Both the position numbers and the translations under genes were made by a program. 64,000 nucleotides of DNA from Corallochytrium limacisporum Hawaii. Its lineage: Eukaryota; Protista; Pluriformea. Shown in pieces: positions 32,831-43,859 of the stretch; position 1 is the stretch's first letter, and the number at the start of each line of letters is the position of its first letter. A model generated the notes under the pieces. It saw nothing but the letters and a program-made list of their open reading frames with translations. It ran no database searches and had not been told where the DNA came from. The stretch covers positions 289,509 to 353,508 of the forward strand of contig PDIP01000022.1 in the NCBI GenBank assembly GCA_002811645.1, in the 5' to 3' direction.

Positions 32831-34592
32831 ACACACCCGATCCATCGTTGTTTGCCTCCCCCTTTCCCCCCTTTTTTTGAACGCCCCCCCGTGGAGTCTG
32901 CCTGATGTTCTCCCCTTTGTTTCTTGGGTCGACTCTCTGTTTACCGGCATTGACCCCGTGGGGTCAATGACTGAGACACAGCGTTGATCCCTACCAATGA
33001 TATTTCTGCGCACTCTAAGTATCCGCTATCGGCGTATCAGAAACTGAAGATGTTGCCAGGAGGTGTGTATTATCATCTCACAAAGATGGAACCATCGGAA
33101 GACTTGAAAAGGCAACTCCTTTCGACCAGCCCGCCGTTCATCCTACCGAAGTATCTCCTCTCTCTGTTATCATCATTCTATATTCCATAGGTTCTGTACC
33201 GCGTATTCGGGCCAGTGATCAGCACTGCGGATACCGTGCCTGTACAGTGCACGGCGAAAGAGACGAGGCAGACGTTGTTATCCTCCCTCCCAATCTAAGC
33301 GCCGCTCCCCTAATTTTCAAGTTTCAACGTCAGAAGTCTCTTTAATTTACGTCCAAAGCTTTCCATTGCTCAGTTACCGAGAAGTGAGATTTTGTTTGCT
33401 GCACCGCACACAACAACCGAGAAAAAAAACAAGGGAAATTTAATACCGCGAGTAGGGACTCGAAGGCCGAAGGACCACTTACACGGAGGAAGCAAACAAA
33501 CCAAGAAAACCGGGAAATGAGAGAAGACAGTGTAAAAAGCTGACTCAAACGTTGGGAGTGGAGAGGAAAGAGCAAAGGAACACCGAGAGAGACACACGAA
33601 GCGAGAGAGAGAGAGAGGGGTGTGTGTGATATCCGTCGCACGTTGACCTCCCCCATCTCCGAGTGTCTCATGCGCGCAGAGGCAGGACATGAAGAACGGG
33701 GAAGGGTGTAGGTGGAAAGTGGGGCAGTAGTAGTGTGGGGGCTGGGGCAGGGATCCATGTCCAAGTGTGTTTCGAAGAGATCTGCGCATAGACTTTGTAT
33801 GGCCCCACCACATCTGAATACGTAGGTCATCACTCGCTTCTCTCGAACTTTCGAGCATCGGAGGTGAAGGAGGGAGGGGATGCTTGGCGAGACAACGCCC
33901 ACCCCCCCCCAAACCTGCTGACTTCCCCGGGCCACCCTTCCGGCCTTCGGTCTGTCTGTAGGGACTTTCTACTTGGCTTTATTTTCTTTGTTTCGTTCGG
34001 TTCCCGTGCAACGCCGGGTTTAGCTCTGTTTGGTTGCTCGCCGTTTCTCTCTCCCTCATCTCGCGCATTATTTCAACCTCTTCTCATTTGTCTCCCAGTT
34101 CCGAACCTAAACTCGCCCTCCCCTCATTCCTTCCCCTTTTTTTTTACTCCTTCTCTCTGCTCGACCAGCCCTGCCCTCGCAACCAAGGGATACCCTTCCC
34201 ACTGCAAAGATTATTGAAAACTCAACTTTCCACCTTTTTTTTCCCTTTTTTTTCATCGCATTTCGTTCTCTCCGGTTCGCTCGTGTCCTCCGGTTCCTTC
34301 CCTGAACGGATAGCGTCCTTCCTTCGCGGGAGGTGGGGTGGACCCCCCCCCCGGCGGGGGTTGTACGCTAGCTATAGAAATACAACCCTGCTCTTGTAGT
34401 CGTGCTGTTTGAACAGTCGACGACCGCAAGAAAAAAGGGTTTCTATGGAGAGCAGCGGGGGGGGGGGGCTTTGGGACCGCCAACAGACAAGGACGACAAA
34501 CACAACAAAACGTAAACGGAAGAACGGACGAGTATGTTGGTACAAAGGACCCAGTCGCTGCATGTGTCCCAGCACACACTACAAGACACAAA

Positions 34593-34615
34593 ACACACAC
34601 ACACACACACACACG
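34593..34615. repeat. (CA)n microsatellite
   Basis: Direct read. Similar tracts at 37499-37521, (GA)n near 18022-18050 and 63025-63042, and (TCAC)n near 63708-63730. Confidence 0.9.
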
Positions 34616-37600
34616 CACATGCACACCCGCATGCACAAAGTACCCCAGCTGAAGCGAAAGTCACACGAAGAAAGAAACTTCGGACGATCGATACCCATGT
34701 CGTCGCGACACAGTGACCAAATTGTCGGCGGAACGTGTCATCACGCCATGATAACGCCCCCGGATTCTCCTCTATATTCATAGGTGTCTCGCTAATCAGC
34801 GCTAACGGTTATTATTAGAAATCTACTAAATAAACATTGATATAATCGATACCTTTCTGGGGGTCCTCGGGCAAGAGTGAAATTCCCAAGCTGCAGAAGT
34901 GTTCGCAATTTTGCCTGCAGCGAACCGTGACCAATTTTGGATGAGGGTGGATTGGGTCAGATGGGGGTCCACATGTCGGAAGAGAAGAAACCTCACCCTG
35001 GGTGGTAGTTACCGCGGATGGGCACTCACCGTGTTGCCTGTGCGAGAGAGTATGGATAGGTCCGTCGCATGATCGGCTGGCTGATTTCAATACTGTGTTC
35101 ATAGATCATGTACGAGCACCAATGGATAGTTTGTACAAAACAGTTTAGGTGGGAGAGCAAAGGAAGGCTGTGGTGCCATATAAAGTAGCGAACATGAGAA
35201 TGGGACGAAATGATATAATCCCCTTGACATTTTGCTTGCGTCAATATCCGGTACTTTCACTATGTGATATTGGGGGTCTATTTTGGAATCCATGGACCCA
35301 CGAAAACCGTGGAAGAAAGATACATCGGCAGGTTGGGTGGGTATTCTCTACTAATCTTTGCTCTGATGTGCTTCGCTTGGGGCACATTGATCCATAATAG
35401 CTCTCGATTCGGCGTTCACACGGTACAAAGTGTGATGCCTTGCACCAGTGATGCTATTCTTGTTGGAGCTGGGCACCCGCCATGAGCATGTAAACAAGAG
35501 TGCCGTCACAATGAGCTCGCAGCTCTCGGTTGGTGCCCGTCCACGGGCAAGGCTGTGCTTCGTCGCCATCAGCCATAACTTGTATGCTGGTTTCGTTCTC
35601 GTCACCATATTGCACGAACCATGGCAAATTGGTTGAAAGACCGTGAACAACACTGGGTGATCATGGCAAGTGTGCAATGTGTGGATGTGAGGCTCTGAGC
35701 AGTTTAGTGATGAGAAGTGTTTGTGTACGATGGGGAAGGGTGATCCTGTGCCTATTCACTCTGTGCAGGGACATCGTTAATCATAATGGGTGCCTTCATG
35801 CTGGGACAATGACTTCCGAGCGCCGGAGATGTACGGAGATCCTGGCTGTGCGTAGACCTAGTTGGGCCCAATGAAATATGAGTATGTGCGGACACGGGAT
35901 CAGCACCTTTACGCATGTAGACTGAGCCGACATCACTACAGAAGACTCCCTGCGAAGTCACCGGTCTCAATTGGGGTAGGATCAGCTAGAATCATGGTCG
36001 AGCACGGTGTGATTTGTGGTGTTGACACGGTGATGATCGCAGGGGAAGGAAGCGGTATGCCCGAAGTAACCGGTGAGTTGCTGGGTATCCCAAGGACTGA
36101 AACCCTCCTGCCCCGCGCGCCAGCAACGTCGCCAACAACCCCCGATTTCGCTCCATTTATATATTATGTCCGTATATCTAATAATGCCAACCCATAACTA
36201 TAGTAATATTCATGAACTAGAGTTGAGATTATATTTCAAGGACTTAGAAAAGCCATGCAAACTACAAAATTTTTGGCCGTATAAAGAAATAGTTCCGATC
36301 CCATCCGTCGGAGACACCTTGGGTCCCAAAATAAAACCCCACTGTGCTGCGATAGTGACGCGGCAGGAATGACGAACCGCCCCCCCCCCCGGGGGGGGGG
36401 AGAGCAACGGCCCGCAGGAGCTATATCTTTTTGCTATAGTTTCAACATGGAGACGGCCACGGGGTCTCCAACGCAGCAGGATAACCAGTTTGAGCACGTT
36501 TACCCCGTGCCTCCCCCAAAACTTAGATGCCGTTGTCAGATGGTCTTTCTCAAAATTATAAAATATTCCGTATATTGTATATCATATAAATATCGTACAC
36601 AAGGCCATATATAGATATGTCCGGATAAACTAATTCCGCCTGATGTTTGTTACGTTCCAATACTCTAGGCCTTGTTTTGGCTTCTTTGCTATTTTTCTTT
36701 GGTTTGAATGGATATTACATTTTTTACTTTTCGGAACGGTTCCTGTTTTCCTACGGTTGTAAACACACCACCCAATTTTGTGTGGTTCCCATTGTGACGA
36801 CAGTTTTTTTGGAAAAATAGTAAAGACGGGGGAGGTGGGTTGACTATTGGTTCTGGTTAGCCTCCCCCCCCCCCCCCCCCCGGCCCCGGGGGCGGGGGCA
36901 ACAACAACTTCGGCAGATGGTCCCGGTCCCCATCGTTCGGAGACACGCCAACGGTTAACTATTTTTTTGTCCGTCGGGACCACAGCGATCCCGCGGAAAT
37001 TTACAGGACCAAAGCAAAGAAGAGAATATAAAACTCCCCCCCCTCCCCAAAATTTGGGTTGCAGGGGCCATGAACACAGATGGCATAGAAAAGAAAGGAG
37101 AAAAAATAGAGAAACTATGAGGAGCAGAGGAAATCTTTCTCTATTTGTTCTTTTGCTTTTTTTCTTGTTTTATTTATGCGTCGAAATTTATGTTTTCTGC
37201 AGTGGTGGTGCCCCCCATCGCGCACCCAAAAACCCCCACTCCCTGCCCGGCTTTTGCTCCTTCTCCGGCGGTCGGCTTTGGCTTCCCTTCGGAAGAAACA
37301 AAAAGGAAAAAAACTGCAAGGCTAAGCTGAGCGGGCCTTCACTCCCTCCCAAGCGAGCAAGGACGCGTCCCGCTCCCTACCCCCCCTCCCTCCTTCGGGG
37401 TCACAATCCGCGGCTGATCTCCGAAAGAGAGTTGCTTGCTCGTATGTGCGGTTTGGAGCTATATACACCGGGGTCTGCTGATGTTGTGCATGACTGACGA
37501 CACACACACACACACACACACGCCCTTGCCGCCCTTAGTTTTTTTGCTTGGGGCCCGAATACACAGACACTGGCCAAGGGGCCCCTCCCGGGCCCCCGGA

Positions 37601-37899
37601 GAGTTGGTTGGGTTTGGGAGCCGTGCCAGGTACCTGCGGAAAGTGGAAATGAAAAAAAAAAACAAAAAAAAAATGGAGGAGAGGACGAGAGTCTCCCCTT
37701 TCTTTTTGCCATTTGGGCGGATCTTTGGAGGTTTCTTGGTCATTTTTGGGCCACAGTGACACGACGGCGGGTGGTGCGGTGGACGCGGTTAGGGCCAAAA
37801 ATGTAAAGGCAATTGAGCAAGGAGACCCTCCCGGGGAGGGGGGGCATGCAAGCTTGGCCATCGTCGTGTCACAAATTTATCAGATGCCTTTGGGAGCGA

Positions 37900-37937
37900 G
37901 GGGTAGGGGTAAAGGAGGGGGGGTAGGGGGTAGGGGA
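37900..37937 (+). promoter_or_regulatory. G-quadruplex-competent G-tract upstream of SAR1
   Basis: At least five runs of GGGG separated by short linkers, about 375 bp before the SAR1 ATG, on the sense strand. Confidence 0.5.
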
Positions 37938-38309
37938 GAAATAGTGCAGTGGTTGGGGCACTCTCGGACGGCAGTCGCAGGAGGACCCATGGGAGTTGTT
38001 TCTGCACACCCAAACGAACATGTTCTTGCTGGTGTTGCTGGTACTGCGTTTGTGTTGGGTGTCGTCAGTGTTGTGTATTGACTGCACTTGTGAATAAGGC
38101 ACTTCATAATCCACGTGAATGGAAAAAATACTGGAGCATAACGTATTTTGGAGAACTCGTGGGGGCTAATCGAAGATACAAACGAATGCAACCGTGATAT
38201 ATTCGCGACCTACTTTAGATCGGGTTAATAACCTTTCGTTCATTTTCCGGCGGGTTTTGCAAATACGTAGATAAACACCCACGAAACAAATCAAAAAAGC
38301 CAAGCAAAC

Positions 38310-38885
38310 ATGTCTTACCTCTTTGACTGGTTCTGGAATGTCCTCAATGCCCTGGGTCTGGGTAATAAGTCGGCCAAGATTGTGTTCCTCGGCCTGGACA
38401 ATGCCGGTAAGACCACTCTTTTGCACGTTCTGAAGGACGATCGTGTCGCGGCCCACAACCCGACCCTCCACCCGACCATGGAGGAGCTGGCCATTGGCAA
38501 CATCCGCTTCAAGACCTTTGACCTGGGTGGTCACTCTCAGGCACGGAAAGTTTGGCGGTCATATTATCCGACAGTGGATGCTATTGTGTATCTAATCGAT
38601 GCCAACGACCGCGAGCGTTTCACCGAAGCGAAGGCAGAGTTGAACAAGCTGTTGCAGGAGGAGTCCTTGTCTCACGTTCCGTTCCTGATCCTGGGCAACA
38701 AGATTGACAACCCAAGCGCCGCCTCCGAGGACGAGCTGCGCCAGGCCATTGGTCTCATGGGAATGACCACCGGTAAGGGCAAGGTTCCTCTGCAGGGAGT
38801 ACGCGCCTTGGAGCTGTACATGTGCACTGTGATCAAACGTCAGGGTTACGGTGATGGTTTCCGCTGGCTGTCTCAGTACCTGTAA
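38310..38885 (+). CDS. SAR1: COPII small GTPase Sar1
   Basis: [40 protein letters not shown]. Confidence 0.99.
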   Translation: MSYLFDWFWNVLNALGLGNKSAKIVFLGLDNAGKTTLLHVLKDDRVAAHNPTLHPTMEELAIGNIRFKTFDLGGHSQARKVWRSYYPTVDAIVYLIDANDRERFTEAKAELNKLLQEESLSHVPFLILGNKIDNPSAASEDELRQAIGLMGMTTGKGKVPLQGVRALELYMCTVIKRQGYGDGFRWLSQYL

Positions 38886-39450
38886 ATAATTGCGCATTTG
38901 GATGATCACTTGGTCCACGGGACAGCCAAACTGGTCTCTCCATTGGTCTTTTGGCAATCTACATAATCCACCGGGACTCAGCGTTTTCAATATGCACAAA
39001 AACACACACAAATATTTGCACTAGCTTTCACACATCATTTGAACTCGGTATGTGACATGACAACAAGTATGGGATGCACTCTTGGCAGTGGCAACGGTTG
39101 TTTTGGGAGATGGGAGGCAGGAACCTGATTGGTGTCCCATTTGTATAGAATCTTTCTGGTCATCACCGGATTGTGTGTTCTCGGACAAGAATAGCAATGG
39201 TTGGATTAGTATCAGTTCTTGTCATTCAGCATCTCAAACCAATTCGACTCTACTGTCATGTCCTACCAGTCTCCCACGATTCTGCAGAAACTTTTATTTT
39301 CATAAGTTAACGTAATAAGATTTAAGAAATTCTCTCAAAGCAAGCGGGTTTTGTTTAATGAACACTTGATCCTACACGAGTCCTCCAAAAGAATTTAATA
39401 TTGTACAAAAAGCAGGTTCACCGATCGGAACCAAGCCAGCGGGTAAAGCA

Positions 39451-41352
39451 TCACAACTTCAAGCCGACCTGACCGCCAGATCCGTTCACCAGACGGCTCC
39501 GCAGGTCCTCAAGGGTTTGTTCCTGGCCCTGTTCACGAGGACTGATGATGCCGTGTTTGTGCCGTGGTGTGATGATACCTGCGCTGACACCTTGCCGAAG
39601 CGAAGCGTCCTTCACATTACTTGAGAGCATCCTTTGTGCCCATGCCTTGACATCAAATCCAACGGTGAAACCTGAGCCACTGATGGCCGCAGTCTGGTCT
39701 TTGGGATGAAAACGCATCGCTGCCGAAGAGGAAGCTGTGATCAGGCTGAGTGGGCTTTTGAGGTCTGAATCGCCAATTGACGACGTTTTCGATTTGCAGT
39801 GTCGGCTCACTGCCTCGGCGCCTGCCATGGACAGCAGCCCGAAATAACTGGCCTGAGGACGGTCAGAGTCGTGCGTTGCCTGTGCTGTGGTTGCTGGATG
39901 GTCACGCGGGCTCGCAGGCTCGGTCTCAATAATGTGCACAACAGGCACGACTACAGCTGGTGCGGGGCTAGCAGGATGGACGTGTTCACAGTCACGGTTA
40001 CCGTCGCAGCCTCGGAGATAGCTTGGACGAGAACCGAGGCTATGAAGTTTTTCAACTTTTGACCGTCCGTTTCGCTTCCGCTTCTCTTTCGCCGCGAGGG
40101 CATATCTGGTGACGTGCTTGGGCTTACCACATTTCTGTGCGTTTCTGAGCTTGAGGACCGTGGTCCCGGTTGCGTTGCGTGTGGCGTGAGTAGTCATACG
40201 AATTTGTGGATTAAGCGATCGGTTGCGTACGTGCCTGTGTTTCCGTAGATCACTCGGACCGTGTTTAAAGAGAATGTTGTTAATTACTTGGGCTTCCCTC
40301 CAATTCTTGTTTTTGTGTGTCCGGACACTGCATGGTGAAGGTGGGTAGAGAGTGCTGCTGTTGTGGTGTTCTTGTTCCCGCTGTTCCTCATGCAGATTAT
40401 CATAAAATCCTCTTAGCAGACTCTGCGCCCGAGGCAGGACAGATGTACCGTCGTCCTGGTACTGCCATCCAGGCCCTAAGCTTTCCCTCGAGGCGAAGGA
40501 CTCCAGCATAATTGACTGCAGCTCCAAGTCCAGTTGAGTGGGATCATACATGCGGCTGAGATTGTCGCCACCGTGTGGCCACTCTCCATGTTCCAATTGC
40601 TCCTGCTGTAGATTATCATAAAGACCTCTCAGCAGACTCTGCGCCCGAGGCAGGACAGANNNNNNNNNNNNNNNNNNNNNNNNNNNNNNNNNNNNNNNNN
40701 NNNNNNNNNNNNNNNNNNNNNNNNNNNNNNNNNNNNNNNNNNNNNNNNNNNNGTGTGGCCACTCTCCATGTTCCAATTGCTCCTGCTGTAGATTATCATA
40801 AAGACCTCTCAGCAGACTCTGCGCCCGAGGCAGGACAGATGTACCGTCGTCCTGGTACTGCCATCCAGGCCCTAAACTTTCCCTTGAGGCCAAGGACTCC
40901 AGCACAATCGAGCGCAGCTCCCGGTCCAGTTGGCTGGGATCATACATGCGGCTGAGATTGTCGCCGCCGTGTGGCCACTCTCCATGTTCCAATTGCTCCT
41001 GCTGTAGATTATCATAAAGACCTCTCAGCAGACTCTGCGCCCGAGGCAGGACAGATGTGCCGTCGTCCTGGTACTGCCATCCAGGCCCTAAGCTTTCCCT
41101 CGAGGCGAAGGACTCGAGCACAATCGAGCGCAGCTCCCGATCTAATTCGCTAGGATCATACCCGACAGTTTCCGGGAGTTCTAGCTCCCCCCCAGCAACC
41201 GCGGCCAAAGCGATGAATTGTAATGTGCTCTGATCCTGGATTGCAGTGAGGTCTTCCCAGCTCCCGGTCTCTGCCAGTCTGCGCAGGAGGCTAAGCGTCG
41301 CCTCTGCCGGACTTCCACAGACCCGCTTTGTGAAGAGTGTGCTGCCTAACAT
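39451..41352 (-). CDS. Hypothetical protein with at least four 72-aa tandem repeats (spans an assembly gap)
   Basis: Frame is open on both sides of the gap at 40660-40752; first ATG at 41352. No recognisable family. Confidence 0.7.
   Translation of the reverse strand: MLGSTLFTKRVCGSPAEATLSLLRRLAETGSWEDLTAIQDQSTLQFIALAAVAGGELELPETVGYDPSELDRELRSIVLESFASRESLGPGWQYQDDGTSVLPRAQSLLRGLYDNLQQEQLEHGEWPHGGDNLSRMYDPSQLDRELRSIVLESLASRESLGPGWQYQDDGTSVLPRAQSLLRGLYDNLQQEQLEHGEWPHXXXXXXXXXXXXXXXXXXXXXXXXXXXXXXXSVLPRAQSLLRGLYDNLQQEQLEHGEWPHGGDNLSRMYDPTQLDLELQSIMLESFASRESLGPGWQYQDDGTSVLPRAQSLLRGFYDNLHEEQREQEHHNSSTLYPPSPCSVRTHKNKNWREAQVINNILFKHGPSDLRKHRHVRNRSLNPQIRMTTHATRNATGTTVLKLRNAQKCGKPKHVTRYALAAKEKRKRNGRSKVEKLHSLGSRPSYLRGCDGNRDCEHVHPASPAPAVVVPVVHIIETEPASPRDHPATTAQATHDSDRPQASYFGLLSMAGAEAVSRHCKSKTSSIGDSDLKSPLSLITASSSAAMRFHPKDQTAAISGSGFTVGFDVKAWAQRMLSSNVKDASLRQGVSAGIITPRHKHGIISPREQGQEQTLEDLRSRLVNGSGGQVGLKL
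40385..41160 (-). repeat. 216-bp coding tandem repeat array
   Basis: gtgtggccactctccatg occurs at 40572, 40753 and 40969 (period 216 between the last two). Unit YDPS(E/Q)LDRELRSIVLES(F/L)ASRESLGPGWQYQDDGTSVLPRAQSLLRGLYDNLQQEQLEHGEWPHGGDNLSRM. Confidence 0.95.
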
Positions 41353-42231
41353 AGTTCTCGACAAGTTGATTGATTCATTGCATGTCAGCTGCCAATTCTT
41401 TCCGGTCCGCAGTAGAATTATTTATCCGTATGTAGTGCTGTTCTATTCCATGCTGTAGGAACTGGTGATCTCCTTTGAACACCTTGGATATGAAGGCCCT
41501 GGCCTTTTTTTCAATACAACTGAATGTCGCCAATGAAGTATCATCTAGTCGCTTGCAAAGACCTCACATTCCAAAGATGTGGAATATCGTTCTCAACCAC
41601 CATCGTTCCAATGACCTATTACATCACCCACTATTCAAAGAACACGCAAGTACCACTTGTATCGGAACGATAAGATCTTGCTAACCCGGGACTTTTGGTG
41701 TCCTTCCCCCTTCCCCTCTTCATTTGCCGGGTCTCGCAGGAGGCAAAAATTTTTTATTGGGCCGGGGGTGTGTATAAGACAGTGGGGTGGCAAAGTGTTC
41801 CTTCTAGTCCGGGAACGGCGAGGTTTTCCACAGCCAAAGGGTCCGAAAGGGGCGCGTCTGCGGGTTCCCCACCTCTACTCTGGCCCGAACTCCCCCTCTC
41901 CGTAGCCCCCGCGATACAAAAGGGCTGGGACTCCCCCCGGGGGGGGGGGTCTCAGGCGCAAAGAGCGGCCGAGGACGAAGGGGGAAGAAAAAGAAAAAAG
42001 GGAAAGTGCGGAAGAGAAAAGGGGAGAGGGGAAGAGAGGGTTAGGGCTTCCGTTGCCATAGAGCAGCGACTGAATCCGGGGCCTATTTTACGGGACACTC
42101 AGTCCCGGATCCGAACGAGGGGACGAGAAAAAAAGCGACCCGCGATCAAAAACTACGCAGACCCCGTTTGGTGGAAAGGTGCATACCGTCCGGTATCAAG
42201 GCCCGGCTCATCCGAAGCCCTCGGTGAGTCA

Positions 42232-43680
42232 TTAGCCAGAGGTACATGCTAGAAATTCTTGCATGTTGCGATGCAAAACATTGCATGCCTCCCTGCGCTT
42301 TTTCCCGGCTACAATATACGATCCAGCGGCGGAGTTGGCAAAGTATTTGTCGAACGTACCGCTCGGCTGGTTCTGAACAGCAGCTGTGGCCGCGTCGGCA
42401 AAGTTGGACCAGAAGTCTGGACCATCGTCGTCCAAACCGGAACCAACTCCGTATGTCTGCCGAAAACTCGCGTAGAGAGTCGTCCACGGACGCTTCTCAG
42501 CCTCGGCCAACAGTCCTAGATGCAGAACGTGCTGCGACCAGTCTTGGATGTGTCCCCCAAATGAGGGGCGCCTGTGCGGCCGGTGTATGGGCTTTGGCTC
42601 CTCGCCGGAGAAGGACATGAAGCGATCTGCGGGCGCTGGTGCAACCGTTTTAGTGTCAATGTTGGCAATACTGAATGATGGGTTGCAACCATAGACCGGA
42701 GAAACGGAACTGTGAAGCCACATCGGAGAATATGACGTCGTCGACAGTGGTTTACCTCCATGGATCTCCCTCAGTCGTATCAGCTCTGCGTGTTCATGTC
42801 CGAACACTTCTGCAGCAAGGAGACCACTGTCCAGAAAGGGCTGGGTTATGCTTAGATATGCGTCGATCAGTTCAGGCCACCAGAGTGGTTGGCTGCTGTA
42901 GTGGTCAACTACTGGTGCGATGTGGCCGTAGATATGGACCCTCTGTTCGTGTCCCGTAGAGTCTGTGCTGAGCCGTGTAAGCGTGTCGTTCAACCACTGC
43001 AGCTGTGCCCAGCTCTCCTCCATTTTAACTATATGATTATTCGGAGACATCATGTTTGTATTGAGGACCAAGGCGGTCAAGGTCTGGTTCCGATGAACCG
43101 TACGACACCGCCATAGATCCGCACGGTAGAATCCACCGTGCTTCATAAATTCCTTTTTGCTAGTTTCGTCAGGGAAGGATCTCTGCCAAATGTCGAGCAT
43201 CTTGGAGAAGAACTCTTGCTCATTCCAACTCTGTTGGTAGTCCACATTGGCGTCATTGTTGCCAAGGACCAACAATGGACGGCCGTCGGGTAGGGTAGGT
43301 CCGCATTCATGAGCACTTTTCCGCAACTCCCTGTTCGTCTGCGGGTAAAGGTCAAAGAGATCACTTACCACCCGTTCCGTATCCCAGAATTTGACCCTGT
43401 CACTCATTTGGTCCAGGCCGTGCTTAACATTGTCCCCGAGATAGATGACAACTGCACCGTCAGGATCATCCTTCTCACTTTCACGGAGTGCCGTAAGTCC
43501 AGATGTGATTGCCGATAGGACCAGATCTTTGGGACTGTCAGCAAAGTACCGCGCTCTCCAGCTATTGTCCGGAACCAGGTGAAAATCCGACAAATTGAGT
43601 GCCTGCAAGCTGTCCACCGTCCCTAATAGTCCGATAAGGAGAGTCAGGGCGACTATTCCTCTGAGACCCTTCGTTTTCAT
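42232..43680 (-). CDS. Secreted calcineurin-like metallophosphoesterase, acid sphingomyelinase-like (SMPDL3)/PPN1-like
   Basis: Signal peptide, then LSDFH, LGDNVKH, LGNND, LNTN, QLQWL, GHIAP, FGHEH and SVSPVYGCNPSF. Confidence 0.88.
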   Translation of the reverse strand: MKTKGLRGIVALTLLIGLLGTVDSLQALNLSDFHLVPDNSWRARYFADSPKDLVLSAITSGLTALRESEKDDPDGAVVIYLGDNVKHGLDQMSDRVKFWDTERVVSDLFDLYPQTNRELRKSAHECGPTLPDGRPLLVLGNNDANVDYQQSWNEQEFFSKMLDIWQRSFPDETSKKEFMKHGGFYRADLWRCRTVHRNQTLTALVLNTNMMSPNNHIVKMEESWAQLQWLNDTLTRLSTDSTGHEQRVHIYGHIAPVVDHYSSQPLWWPELIDAYLSITQPFLDSGLLAAEVFGHEHAELIRLREIHGGKPLSTTSYSPMWLHSSVSPVYGCNPSFSIANIDTKTVAPAPADRFMSFSGEEPKPIHRPHRRPSFGGHIQDWSQHVLHLGLLAEAEKRPWTTLYASFRQTYGVGSGLDDDGPDFWSNFADAATAAVQNQPSGTFDKYFANSAAGSYIVAGKKRREACNVLHRNMQEFLACTSG

Positions 43681-43859
43681 TGTGATCCCGATAAACAACT
43701 ACTGTTCACTGCTTGCGTATAAATTCCATAACAGGGTTATTGATTTCGATTCGCCACTCAAATAACAGCATGGTACAAATGTTTTTCAATGAAAGGGCGT
43801 ATAATATTAGGATTAAATTTGTGAACTGTACGACCGCGAGGTCCAGTGTGTCTATTTGT

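Noticed and set aside
36150-36830. AT-rich island in the longest gene-free interval as a possible centromere or origin
   Set aside because: Short, only moderately AT-rich, and without diagnostic repeats; cannot be supported from sequence alone.
40385-41160. 216-bp array considered as CRISPR or LTR
   Set aside because: Contiguous in-frame coding repeats with no unique spacers and no cas or retroelement genes.
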